DNA of 64,000 nt from an uncultured Chloroflexia bacterium (GTDB lineage Bacteria > Chloroflexota > Anaerolineae > CG2-30-64-16): the NCBI GenBank assembly GCA_963774265.1, contig CAVZDU010000001.1, forward strand, positions 1 to 64,000, written 5' to 3'. The notes under the pieces were generated by a model that did no database searches, was not told the DNA's origin, and saw only the letters and a program-made list of their open reading frames with translations. A program made the translations under genes and the position numbers. This document shows positions 19,262 to 28,338 of this stretch, piece by piece; within the stretch, counting starts at the first letter, position 1; each line of letters starts with the position of its first letter.

Positions 19262-20083
19262 TTACCAGTACCGCTCGACGTGGATCTGGCCGGGCTCCTT
19301 TTTGGTATGTTCCTTGTACCCTTCGTCTCTTAGCATCGAGACCGTATCATCAATCATCTGCGGGCTGCCGCAGAGAAAAAAGTGCGTGTTTTCAGGCGCA
19401 GGGCGGAAGCCCCAGGCCCTCTTGATCGCGTCCTTCTTCCACAGGTCCTGCACATAGCCCACCTGGCCAGGCCAGGGCGCCGGCTCACTTTGAGGCCGGC
19501 TGATCACCGGGTTATAACTCAGGTTCTTGCATAGGTGCTGCAAGGTCAACAGCTCAGAGCGATAGCCGAGATCCCACGAGTGTCGTGCACCGTGCAGCAC
19601 AGCAAACCGGCGGCTGCTCCCGCAAGTCAGGTGCGTGGATAACATACTCATGTATGGCGCCAACCCGGTGCCGGTGGCGATCATCACCACGTTTTGATCC
19701 TCCGGCACCTGGTCAAACGTGAACATGCCGGTGATCTTGGGCGAAAGCCAGATGCGGTCGCCCATTTTGAGTGCAAACAAGCGCGGAGTCAACGCACCTG
19801 AAGTGACCAGCGCCACGTAGAATTCCATGTACTCGCGCGTCAACGATGACGATGCGATGGAATAGGCCCGGCGGATCAATTTCCCGGAGGGGGGATCCGC
19901 AGGCGGCTCTTCCGGCTCGGACATGGCGTAACGCGGCGCGCTGTCGGGCAGACCCAACACACCAAACTGTCCAGGTGTGAATGAGGGCACCTGCCACCCA
20001 TCGGGCACGACGCGCAGGATAATCAGCCAGGGCGAGATTTCAGTACGCAGGGCTACTACGGCGTTGAGAGTCGGCTCAGGCAC
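19262..20083 (-). CDS. fpr: Ferredoxin-NADP+ reductase (Fpr type)
   Basis: GQFGVLGL, RRAYSIASS, GALTPRL, ATGTGLAPY, FLCGSPQM and C-terminal ERYW; GTG start at 20083 inferred. Confidence 0.88.
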   Translation of the reverse strand: MPEPTLNAVVALRTEISPWLIILRVVPDGWQVPSFTPGQFGVLGLPDSAPRYAMSEPEEPPADPPSGKLIRRAYSIASSSLTREYMEFYVALVTSGALTPRLFALKMGDRIWLSPKITGMFTFDQVPEDQNVVMIATGTGLAPYMSMLSTHLTCGSSRRFAVLHGARHSWDLGYRSELLTLQHLCKNLSYNPVISRPQSEPAPWPGQVGYVQDLWKKDAIKRAWGFRPAPENTHFFLCGSPQMIDDTVSMLRDEGYKEHTKKEPGQIHVERYW

Positions 20084-20145
20084 GAGAGGGCTCCTTGTCC
20101 CACAGGGGCGGTTCCCAGTGGGACGGCACATCAGGTTGATGACCT

Positions 20146-20174
20146 ATTATACCCGCGCCTGGCCTGGTTGTTAA
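20146..20174 (-). promoter_or_regulatory. Internal sigma70-type promoter upstream of fpr-acsD-acsC
   Basis: TTAACA-N17-TATAAT on the minus strand. Confidence 0.6.
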
Positions 20175-20186
20175 GACTCTATACTG

Positions 20187-20690
20187 TTACTTCTTGGGCA
20201 GCCCATAACGCTGCCGGAAAAGGTCCATCGGCGTGGGCCGAGCCGCGTGCATGCCCTGCATTTTGATGTATTCCGGCCCGGCCAATGCCTTCACCACATC
20301 GCGCAGATTTACCACCGAAGCCGGCCACGTCTTGCCACCGGCATTGTGCATGAAAAACAGGTGATCCACCCCCCTGTCGGCCATGAGTTGCACGGTGGCC
20401 GACAGGGGGATGTCGGCCATCGCCTCGGGCACATCCTCGTCCATGATGTCTTGGGCGGTCAAGACCTTCGAAGTTTCGGAAACCTCGAAAGTCTGCGCGA
20501 CGCGCACAAAGGCCACTGCCATCATGCGCTCGTTGATCCAGCCCCGCGCGTCGCCGTCGTCGTCCATTACGACAATGGCCGTCCACCCTTGTTCCACCAT
20601 CTGCTGGGCAAGGGGTATGATCGGGTCGTCCACCTTACAGGTGGGTACGCCGATGCGCATGACATCACGGACGAGAAGTGGTTCGCTCAT
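20187..20690 (-). CDS. CBS-domain protein
   Basis: LLVRDVM..GVPTC, AIVVMD...GWINERMM and LTAQDIM form a CBS pair. Confidence 0.8.
   Translation of the reverse strand: MSEPLLVRDVMRIGVPTCKVDDPIIPLAQQMVEQGWTAIVVMDDDGDARGWINERMMAVAFVRVAQTFEVSETSKVLTAQDIMDEDVPEAMADIPLSATVQLMADRGVDHLFFMHNAGGKTWPASVVNLRDVVKALAGPEYIKMQGMHAARPTPMDLFRQRYGLPKK
20462..20494. repeat. Imperfect palindromic repeat inside the CBS gene
   Basis: AGACCTTCGAAGTTTC-G-GAAACCTCGAAAGTCT (16-bp arms, 2 mismatches), AT-rich against its background; encodes QTFEVSETSKV. Confidence 0.7.
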
Positions 20691-20696
20691 GTTTGG

Positions 20697-20719
20697 TAGC
20701 CTGCCCGTTGACGGGCAGG
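20697..20719. repeat. Hairpin repeat between acsB and the CBS gene
   Basis: TAG-CCTGCCCGT-TG-ACGGGCAGG; its first 13 nt recur inverted at 48426-48438. Confidence 0.55.
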
Positions 20720-20731
20720 TGGCCGCTCATC

Positions 20732-23019
20732 CTAGAACATCGGATCCATCATCAACGCCGGATGGCCGGTCGACTCGAGATGAGCCAGCAGGCCGTCGAC
20801 GTCGGTGCAGATCGTTTCATCCGCGATCTTGCTGATCAGGTCGGGGTCGCCCTCGCGCTCGGCAACGGCCTGCAGCTCTGCGGCCATGGTCTGCTTGAGC
20901 ACGCTGGACATCCAGACGACGCGGCTGAACCCACCATCTGCCGAGATGAACTTCGGGCTGGTCAGGTAGTACTTACCGACGCCCATGACGCCTGGGGTTT
21001 GCAGGCCGCCACCGGCCATGCCGGCCAGCGTGGAGAAGGTCATGCCCGCCGGGGTCATGCTCGTGTCCTCGCGGGAGACGACCATCACGCCGTTGGCCTC
21101 AGGAACCAGCATCACGATGCACTCGAAGCAACCGCAGGCCGTCATCGGACTGTTCATGATCGAGTACATGGCCACTTCTTGCACGGTGCCGTTGGATTTC
21201 TGCTGCGCGATCTCGTTCAGACCCGCGTAGATACCCTGGTCTCGGTCGATGGCCATGCCCTTGCGGATCGGCTGGTTCGGGCCGGTCGGGTTGATCTGGA
21301 AGGATGCCGCGCAGTCCAGGTAGTTGTATGCGCCGCAGAGGCCCAAGCGCTGCGGGCTGACCAGGCAGAGGTGGGTGGGTGCGAACGACTGGCATAGCGT
21401 GCAGGTGTAGAACTCCTCAACAGCCTCGTCGGTCATGTCGGCCAGGCGGTTGTTGCGGTAGTCATAGGCCTCGCGCGCCTTCTGCAGCCACTCGGCGTGC
21501 AGCGCCGGATCGGTGATGATCTTGACCTGGACCTTGTCGACGATCGCGCCGAAGTCGGCCATGAAGCGGGCGTGCAGGATGTCGCCGAAGTGCTTGAGCT
21601 CGAAGCCCTTTTCGGCCGCGGCCTTGCTGATGCGGATCCAGGTGATGTCGCGCTGGCCGATGTGCTGGATGCCGCTGGCGCCGTTGCACGAAGTAGTGAA
21701 TCTGGCGCTCGAGCACCGGCTCGAAGTCCTTCTGCATCTTGCGGCCGGCCACCTCGACGAGGATGCCCATATCGATGGACGCCGCCCTCGGGCAGATCCT
21801 CGAAGCTCGGACCGATCACCTCGATCTTGCCGTCCTCGACCTGATCCATGTCGATCATGCGCAGGTACTCGAACGCGCGGCTGTACTTGCCGCCGAACTC
21901 AACGCGCATGTCCTTCTTGCGAACGACCTCGCCCTCGAACGCCGAGCCGTAGGGCACCGGGATCGGGACTTCAGTCAGCTTGATCTTGACGCCGCGGGTC
22001 TCGACGCACTTCTGCACCAGTTTCTCCGCGCGCTCCAGGTCATCCTTGCCCTCGATCTCGTTGAAGGGCATGGAGATGACGTGCTCGTACGTCGTCACGC
22101 CGGTGGGCAGAATCTGCGGGATGCGGGTGTCCGCGATGACGGGGAAGCCGTAGTTGATTGCGCCGGCTGCGGCCGCGTACTTCAGGTCATCGACCTCACC
22201 CAGCGCCAGCACAAACGCAAAAACGCGCTGCCGATTGTAGAGCAGGATGTCCTTGGCCTGGCCGCCCTTCATGCCGCCAAAGGTTAGCGCAGAGCGGGTG
22301 GCGAAGCCCAATGGGGTAGATGGCCGAGAGCGTGTCAAGGCCGAACGGCACGATGTACGTGTCGTAGCCCATCTCGACGCCCTCTTCCATTAACTGGTGG
22401 ATCATCGAGCGGCCGTTGACGTTGCCGCAGAGGAAGATCAGGATGTTGCGCTTTTGCAGCTCGCGCACGATCTTGACCGCAACCTCGTTGCTCTTGGCGC
22501 AGCCGACGATGGCCGCGAAGCCGGGCATGCGGCCATCGACCAGCTGGATGCCCCAGGCGCGGAGCTGCACGTCGTCGATCGGGCCGTTGAGCAACCGCGC
22601 CGTTGCCGTTGCTGCGGCCAACCGTCCGGGCTGGTGAAGCTGCCGCCGGCCATGTGAAAGCCAGCCTTGAGGCCAGGCTCTTCGCCGTAGACGAAGCGCA
22701 CCGCCTCGATGATCTCGGCGGACAGCAGCGTTGCCATGCCGGAGTCCAGCGTCTCGCCCAGGTAGGGCGTCCAGCACTGCGCGGTCGGCATCGGATGCAG
22801 CAGATCCTTGGCGTGCTCGAGCACCGGCGTCAGCTCGCCCAGCTTGGTGACCTCGCGGCCGGTCATGCCCAGGATCGTGGGCAGGTAGTAGGCAGTATTC
22901 GGAAAAGCCACCGGCGTTTCAGGCCCGCGTTCCTTGAGGGCCTTGTTGAGCAACGCCTCGGCTTCCTGGGTGATCAGGTTCGCGCCGCGGATGGCGCGGG
23001 TAGCGATGTATCGTGACAT
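20732..23019 (-). CDS. acsB: Acetyl-CoA synthase (several frameshifts in this read)
   Basis: MSRYIATRAIRG, FPNTAYYLP, LVDGRMPGFAAIVG, AFEGEVVRK, A-cluster CTLCQSFAPTHLC..LCGA and PMTACGCFEC. Confidence 0.95.
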
Positions 23020-23094
23020 GTATGCTCCTCCTCCGTTGCAGTCGGACGCAAGTTGAAGGACGACCTTCCATCCGTCCCTGACCTGCTCCATTCG

Positions 23095-25079
23095 TTACCC
23101 GTAAATCTCCGCCATCTGCTCTTCGACCGGCAGCTCGAGATACGCTTCCATCGCCGCGTCGCCGGATGCGCCAAAGCGGGTCGGGTCGTAGACGGGCAGC
23201 TTGAGCGCAGCGCGCTTCTTGTCGATGTGCTCCAGCGTCTTCCGGACGATCTCCGCGGGCTCGACCACGAACTCCAGCTTGCCGCCGAAGCGTTCCTCCC
23301 ATTCCTTCGAGAGGATCTCGGTCACGCCATCGGAGAAGTCCACCGGGTTGCGGACACCCATCATGACGTACGCGCCGGAGCCGGCGCAGTACGCGGCGAT
23401 GGCCAGCGCCTTCTCGCTCATCCACTCGGGCGCCAGGCCCACGGCCGGGATGTCGCTGATGTCGTCGCCCAGGCCACCTTCGGTCGCCATCTGGCGTCAG
23501 GACGGTGAGGATGCGGCTGTTGTCCACGCAGGAGCCCAGGTGCAGCACCGGCGGGATGCCGATCGTCTCGCAGATCTCGCGCAGGCCGGGGCCGACCTTA
23601 TCCAGGCCCGCCTCGCCGAGCAGGTAGCCGTACTTGCCCGCGGCGAGCGCGCCGCAGCCGGTGGCGACGACGAGGACATCGTTCTTCAGCAGCTCGGTGA
23701 TGACCTCCATGTGCGCCTTGTCCTGCGTCAGGCCGGGGTTGTTGCAGCCGACGTCGGCCGCCACACCGCGGAGACGGCCGGTGGCGATGGCTTCGTTCAG
23801 CGGCCGGAACGACTGCCGGTACATGCCGCCCAGCATGTAGTTCAGGTACTCATGGCTGAAGCCCGGCACCACCGCCTGTGCGCTCGACTTGGGGATGCGC
23901 GTCTCGCCGCGGTTGGCGTAGTTGTCGCAGGCGCGCTTCACGATGCTCTTGGCGATGTCCAGCGCGTGATGCTCGTCGAACTCGATGTGCGTCGCGCCGG
24001 TCATCTTCACCTTCGGGCTGGTGGTGATGATCTCGGTGTGGAAGTGGCTCCGCCACGCCGGTCAGCGACTGCATGATGCACTGCACGTCCACGACCATCG
24101 CCTCGATGGCGCCGGTCAGGATCGCCAGCTCCTGGTTCAGGAAGTTGCCGGCCGAGGGGATGCCCTGGCGCATCATCACCTCGTTGGAGGTGCAGCAGAT
24201 GCCGGCCAGGTTGATGCCGTCCGCGCCCTTGCTCTTGGCGTAGGCGATCAGCTCGGGGTCCTGGACCGCGGTCACGATCATCTCGGAGAGGGTCGGTTCG
24301 TGGCCGTGGACGATGATGTTGACCTGCTTCTCTTCCAGGCAGCCCAGGTTGACCTCACCGACCTTGGGGCTGGGGGTGCCGAAGAGGATGTCGGAGATGT
24401 CGGTGGCCCACATCGAGCCGCCCCAGCCGTCGGACAGCGCGGTGCGCACGGCGGCCAAGAGGATGTGGCTGGCGTCCTGGTCGTCGCCCATGTGCGTGCG
24501 GTGCAGGATTTCGACGACCTCACGGTCGATGCCGCGCGGGGCCACGCCCTGCTCCTTCCAGATCGCCTGGCGCTTGGCCGGCGCGGTCGAGAGGTAGCTC
24601 AACTGGCCGCGCTGCTGGCCGAACTCGCCGATCGCCTTGTTCGCCACGTCCAGGGTGATCTCCTTGATCGTGCGCCCCTTGGTCGCGATGCCGTGCTTCG
24701 CGGCGACTGCGTACAGCTTGGCCTCATCGCGGACTTCGTAACCCTGGGCCTCGCCCAACGCGACCGCCTGCAGGGTAAAGGCCAGATCGCGGCCGTGGTC
24801 GGAGTGCGCAGCCGATCCGGCGGCGATGGCGCGCGCCAGGTTGCGCGCGGCGATGGTATCCACCGTCGCACCGCAGATGCCCACCTGCCCATCCTTGGTG
24901 AGCCGGCACGGCCCCATGTAGCAGTTCTTGCAGCAGATGCCGGACTGGCCGTTGCCGATGGTGCAGGGTTTGAAATCTGCCGCGCGGCTGAAGGAGGTCG
25001 AGATGCCCGCCACGTTGGCCCAATCCAGGATGTCGCAGGCCGCCGGATCAATGCTCGGAACGATGTTGATCTTCGCCAT
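23095..25079 (-). CDS. cooS: Ni,Fe carbon-monoxide dehydrogenase catalytic subunit (frameshifted in this read)
   Basis: CCKNCYMGPC, AAHSDHGR, and C-cluster ligands in HGHEP, GICCTSNE, VDVQC, GCNNP, TGC and GSCVDNSR; APEWMSEKA. Confidence 0.95.
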
Positions 25080-25091
25080 GAGTGTTACTCC

Positions 25092-25715
25092 TTAACGTTT
25101 CGTCTTCAGATCCCGCTCGTCGGTCTTGTATTGGCGCATACCCAGACGATTCCACGCGGGATCGCGGTGGCCGTCCTGCATGGGCACCGGCTGAGTCATG
25201 ATGCCGGAGCCCTCTGTGGCGACCGGGTACCCAGCCTCCTCCAGGGTCGCCATGATGGCGCCCGGAGTTACAGCCGCCGGGTCGTAGGACACGGCGACCA
25301 TACGGAAGGCGGAGCTGGCAATAATGTCCGTGACGCCGTTCAACTGGCTCAGGGCATCTCGCACCTTCAGAATGTGATGGTCGGCCCACAGATCGGGCAC
25401 GTTGAATTGGACTTTCTCCATGATGGGCATGCCTCCTTGAGGTGTGTGCATTGGTTCCAGGGTGGGGGCGGGAGTCATCGCCGCCTCTCGTTGCGGTAGA
25501 CCGGCGATCTCACGCCGGTGTTCGATATAAATCTCACAAAAATCACAGGTGATGTGGAGCGGAGCGCAGCAGCACGGGCTGCCTGCACATTGCTCCCAGC
25601 AGGAGCAGCCGTCGAGTGGAACGGAGCACTCCGCGCACGAAATCAGCCAGCCCGCAGGCTTGCCGTTTCCGTGCGCTCCGACGAGCTCCTGTCTAATCTC
25701 CCAACACGTTCTCAC
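25092..25715 (-). CDS. Cys-rich (CW-type) N-terminal domain in frame with an HMA-like domain; HMA part may start separately at 25430
   Basis: CWE..CAEC..CSCW..C..CCC..CDFC..Y, then KVQFNVPDLWADHHILKVRDALSQLNGV...VSYDP...LEEAGYP; internal AAGGAGG RBS before ATG 25430. Confidence 0.7.
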   Translation of the reverse strand: MRTCWEIRQELVGAHGNGKPAGWLISCAECSVPLDGCSCWEQCAGSPCCCAPLHITCDFCEIYIEHRREIAGLPQREAAMTPAPTLEPMHTPQGGMPIMEKVQFNVPDLWADHHILKVRDALSQLNGVTDIIASSAFRMVAVSYDPAAVTPGAIMATLEEAGYPVATEGSGIMTQPVPMQDGHRDPAWNRLGMRQYKTDERDLKTKR

Positions 25716-25841
25716 GTTTCACTCTCGATGGCTGAAGTTGAAGGGCCGGCAGGGTCAGGCAGCGCCGGCACATCGTGCATCTTTGCACGGAGTCGCGTGT
25801 TTCGCTATGACGGCCATCATGAATGGCCATTATCTCTGGGG

Positions 25842-25884
25842 AAAAAAAAACGCCTGACCCGCGCGCAATAGCGGGTCAGGCGTT
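25842..25884 (-). terminator. Intrinsic terminator inside the leader of the CODH/ACS operon
   Basis: Minus strand AACGCCTGACCCGC-TATTGCGC-GCGGGTCAGGCG followed by T9; no same-strand gene upstream, so it is an attenuator. Confidence 0.85.
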
Positions 25885-25922
25885 CGTCACCTGGCAGATG
25901 GGGCAGGCCGTCATCAGCCTGC
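25877..25922 (-). promoter_or_regulatory. Candidate ANTAR-binding dual-hairpin antiterminator RNA
   Basis: P1 GCAGGCU-GAUGAC-GGCCUGC (25922-25903), 9-nt linker, P2 CAGGU-GACGAAC-GCCUG (25893-25877) overlapping the terminator 5' arm. Confidence 0.55.
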
Positions 25923-25961
25923 AAGATATACTCAATTAGAGTACAAGGTCGAAAGAGACAA

Positions 25962-25983
25962 ATACATGATCTTAATCATGTAT
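25962..25983. promoter_or_regulatory. Palindromic operator-like site in the divergent promoter region
   Basis: ATACATGAT-CTTA-ATCATGTAT with perfect 9-bp arms. Confidence 0.55.
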
Positions 25984-26070
25984 CAGGCTGGGTTTAATTT
26001 CACAACAATGATATACTCTGAAAGAATCCCTGAAGTCATTATGTCGCATAATGTGACAAGGAGGTCATCG

Positions 26071-27288
26071 ATGCCAAAGCCTGTCGTGCTCGTCGGCGCC
26101 CTGGATACCAAGGGCGAAGAGTTCCGCTTTGTCCGCGATCTGATCGCAGCGCGCGGGCTGGAAACGATCCTGGTGGACTTCGGCGTGGTGGGCGACCCGC
26201 CTGTGCAGCCGGATGTCACGGCCGATGAGGTCGCGCGTGCCGGCGGCAGCAGCATCGCCGAGCTGCGTGCCAGTCAATGACAAGACCGTTGCGATGGAGA
26301 CCATGGCCGCTGGTCTGGCGAAGGTCGTCAAGGGTCTGTATGATGCGGGCCGATTGGGCGGCATCCTGGGCATGGCTGGCAGCGGCGGCACCTCCATCGC
26401 CACGCGCGGCCATGCGCGGGCTGCCAATCGGCGTGCCCAAGGTGATGGCTTCCACGGTGGGCGGCGGCGACGTGTCGGCCTACGTCGGCACGACCGACAT
26501 CACCATGATGCCGACCGTGGTGGACGTGGCCGGCATCAACTCGATCAGCCGGCACATCTACGCCAACGCAGCGGGCGCGATCGCCGGCATGGTTAGCCAG
26601 GCGCTGCCCGAGGTCGCTGAGGCTAAGCCACTGATCACCGCCAGCATGTTCGGCAACACCACCGCAGTGCGTGAGCCGGGCGCAGAAGGCGCTGGAGGCT
26701 CAAGGCTACGAGGTGCTGGTCTTCCACGCCACCGGCACCGGCGGCAAGACCATGGAATCGCTGATCGCCAGCGGCTTCATCACCGCCAGCCTCGACATTA
26801 CCACCACCGAGCTGGCCGACTACGTCTGCGGCGGCGTGATGAGCGCCGGGCCCGAGCGCATGCTGGCCGCCGCGCGCGCCGGCATCCCCACCGTGCTTGC
26901 CCCCGGCTGCGTCGACATGTGCAACTTCTGGGGCATCGACACCGTGCCGCAGCAGTACCAGGGGCGCAACCTCTACCAGTGGAACCCGAACGTGACCCTG
27001 ATGCGCACCACGATCAGCGAGAACATCCGCATGGGCCAGATGATCGCCGCGGCAGCGAACGCCGCAACGGGACCGGTCGCAATCCTGTTGCCGCTCAAGG
27101 GCGTGTCACAGCTCGATAGCCCCGGCGGCCTCTACTGGGATCCTGAGGCCGACGCCGCCTGCTTCGACGCGATCAAGGCGAACCTCAAGCCCGGCATTCC
27201 GGTGATCGAGATGGATCACAATATCAACGACCCCGAGTTTGCGGACAAGGCGGTCGAGATGTTGTTGGGGATGTTGAAGACGAATTGA
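26071..27288 (+). CDS. Tm-1-like ATP-binding protein (UPF0261); frameshifted in this read
   Basis: [58 protein letters not shown] and VTLMRTT. Confidence 0.88.
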
Positions 27289-27297
27289 GATGTAAGA

Positions 27298-27367
27298 GTG
27301 AAGATTCAAGATTGGCGCCAGTGTGGAACAATCTTAACTGCAATCTTCAATCACTAATCGCTAATCG
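27298..27367. repeat. Degenerate heptamer repeats forming an imperfect hairpin
   Basis: GAAGATTCAAGATTG ... CAATCTT, CAATCTT, CAATCAC, TAATCGC, TAATC. Confidence 0.5.
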
Positions 27368-27377
27368 GAGGGACAGT

Positions 27378-28212
27378 ATGGCATTCATCACGCGCGAAGA
27401 AGCGCTGAAGCACCTGCAGGCCCAGGGCGCGGCAGGCAAGCCCATCGTCGGCTGCGGCGCGGGCACGGGCATCTCGGCCAAGTGCGCCGAGGCCGGCGGC
27501 GCCGACCTGATCATCATCTACAACTCGGGGCGCTACCGCATGGCGGGCCGCGGCTCGCTGGCCGGCCTGCTGTCCTACGGCGACGCCAACGGCATCGTGG
27601 TCGAAATGGCCGCGGAGGTGTTGCCGGTCGTCAAGAACACGCCGGTGCTGGCCGGCGTCAACGGCACCGATCCCTTCCGTCTGATGCCCGTCTTCCTCAA
27701 GCAGCTCAAGGAGATGGGTTTCACCGGCGTGCAGAACTTCCCCACCGTGGGCCTGATCGACGGCAACTTCCGCGCCAACCTGGAAGCCACTGGCATGGGC
27801 TACGACAAGGAGATCGAGGTCATCGCCGAGGCGCACAAGCTGGACCTGTTGACCACGCCCTACGTGTTCGACACCGACCAGGCCACGCGATGGCCAAGGC
27901 GGGCGCGGACATGCTGGTGGCGCACGTCGGCCTGACCACCGGCGGCTCCATCGGCGCCGGGGTCGCGATGACGCTGGACGAGGCGATCGACCGGGTCATG
28001 CAGATCGCCGCGGCGGGCCGCAAGGCTAAGCCCGACATCCTGATCGATCTGCCACGGCGGCCCGTTTGACGAGCCGGAGGCGGTGGCTCAGGCGCATGCT
28101 CCACATGCCGGGGATCGCCGGCTTCTTCGGCGCCACCAGCATCGAGCGCCTGCCCACCGAACGCGCGATCACGGGGCAGGTGAAGAATTTCAAGGGGATG
28201 AAGCTGGGCTAG
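27378..28212 (+). CDS. Phosphoenolpyruvate hydrolase family (TIM-barrel signal transduction) protein; frameshifted in this read
   Basis: [52 protein letters not shown] and [11 protein letters not shown]. Confidence 0.9.
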
Positions 28213-28338
28213 GCGCCTCCTCCGGGATCTCTGCGTTTCCTGCTTGCACAGCTGCTCCCTGGCGCCGCCGTGGGCGGCGCCAGGTCAGGTGCTGGAGAAA
28301 CGACTCAACCCTGTTTATGGCGCTCCTCGCAACTCACC

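Noticed and set aside
20104-20130. Additional REP copy upstream of fpr (AGGGGCGGTTCCCAGTGGGACGGCAC)
   Set aside because: Too degenerate to call; only a short TCCCA/TGGGA stem.
25842-25930. Fluoride, ZTP, THF or cobalamin riboswitch in the CODH leader
   Set aside because: GCUGAUGAC resembles the 3' part of the fluoride aptamer but the 5' GAUGG element is absent. No ZTP, THF or B12 core is recognisable, and the space before the terminator is short. An Rfam scan is still advisable.
25988-26005. Rex operator
   Set aside because: Only one half-site (TTCACAA) matches TTGTGAA-N4-TTCACAA.
20732-28212. Pseudogenisation or programmed frameshifting of acsB, cooS, the Tm-1-like gene and others
   Set aside because: Single-base shifts are scattered through many unrelated genes, including fabH; catalytic motifs are intact and no slippery-site pattern is evident. 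Long-read indel errors are the simplest explanation.
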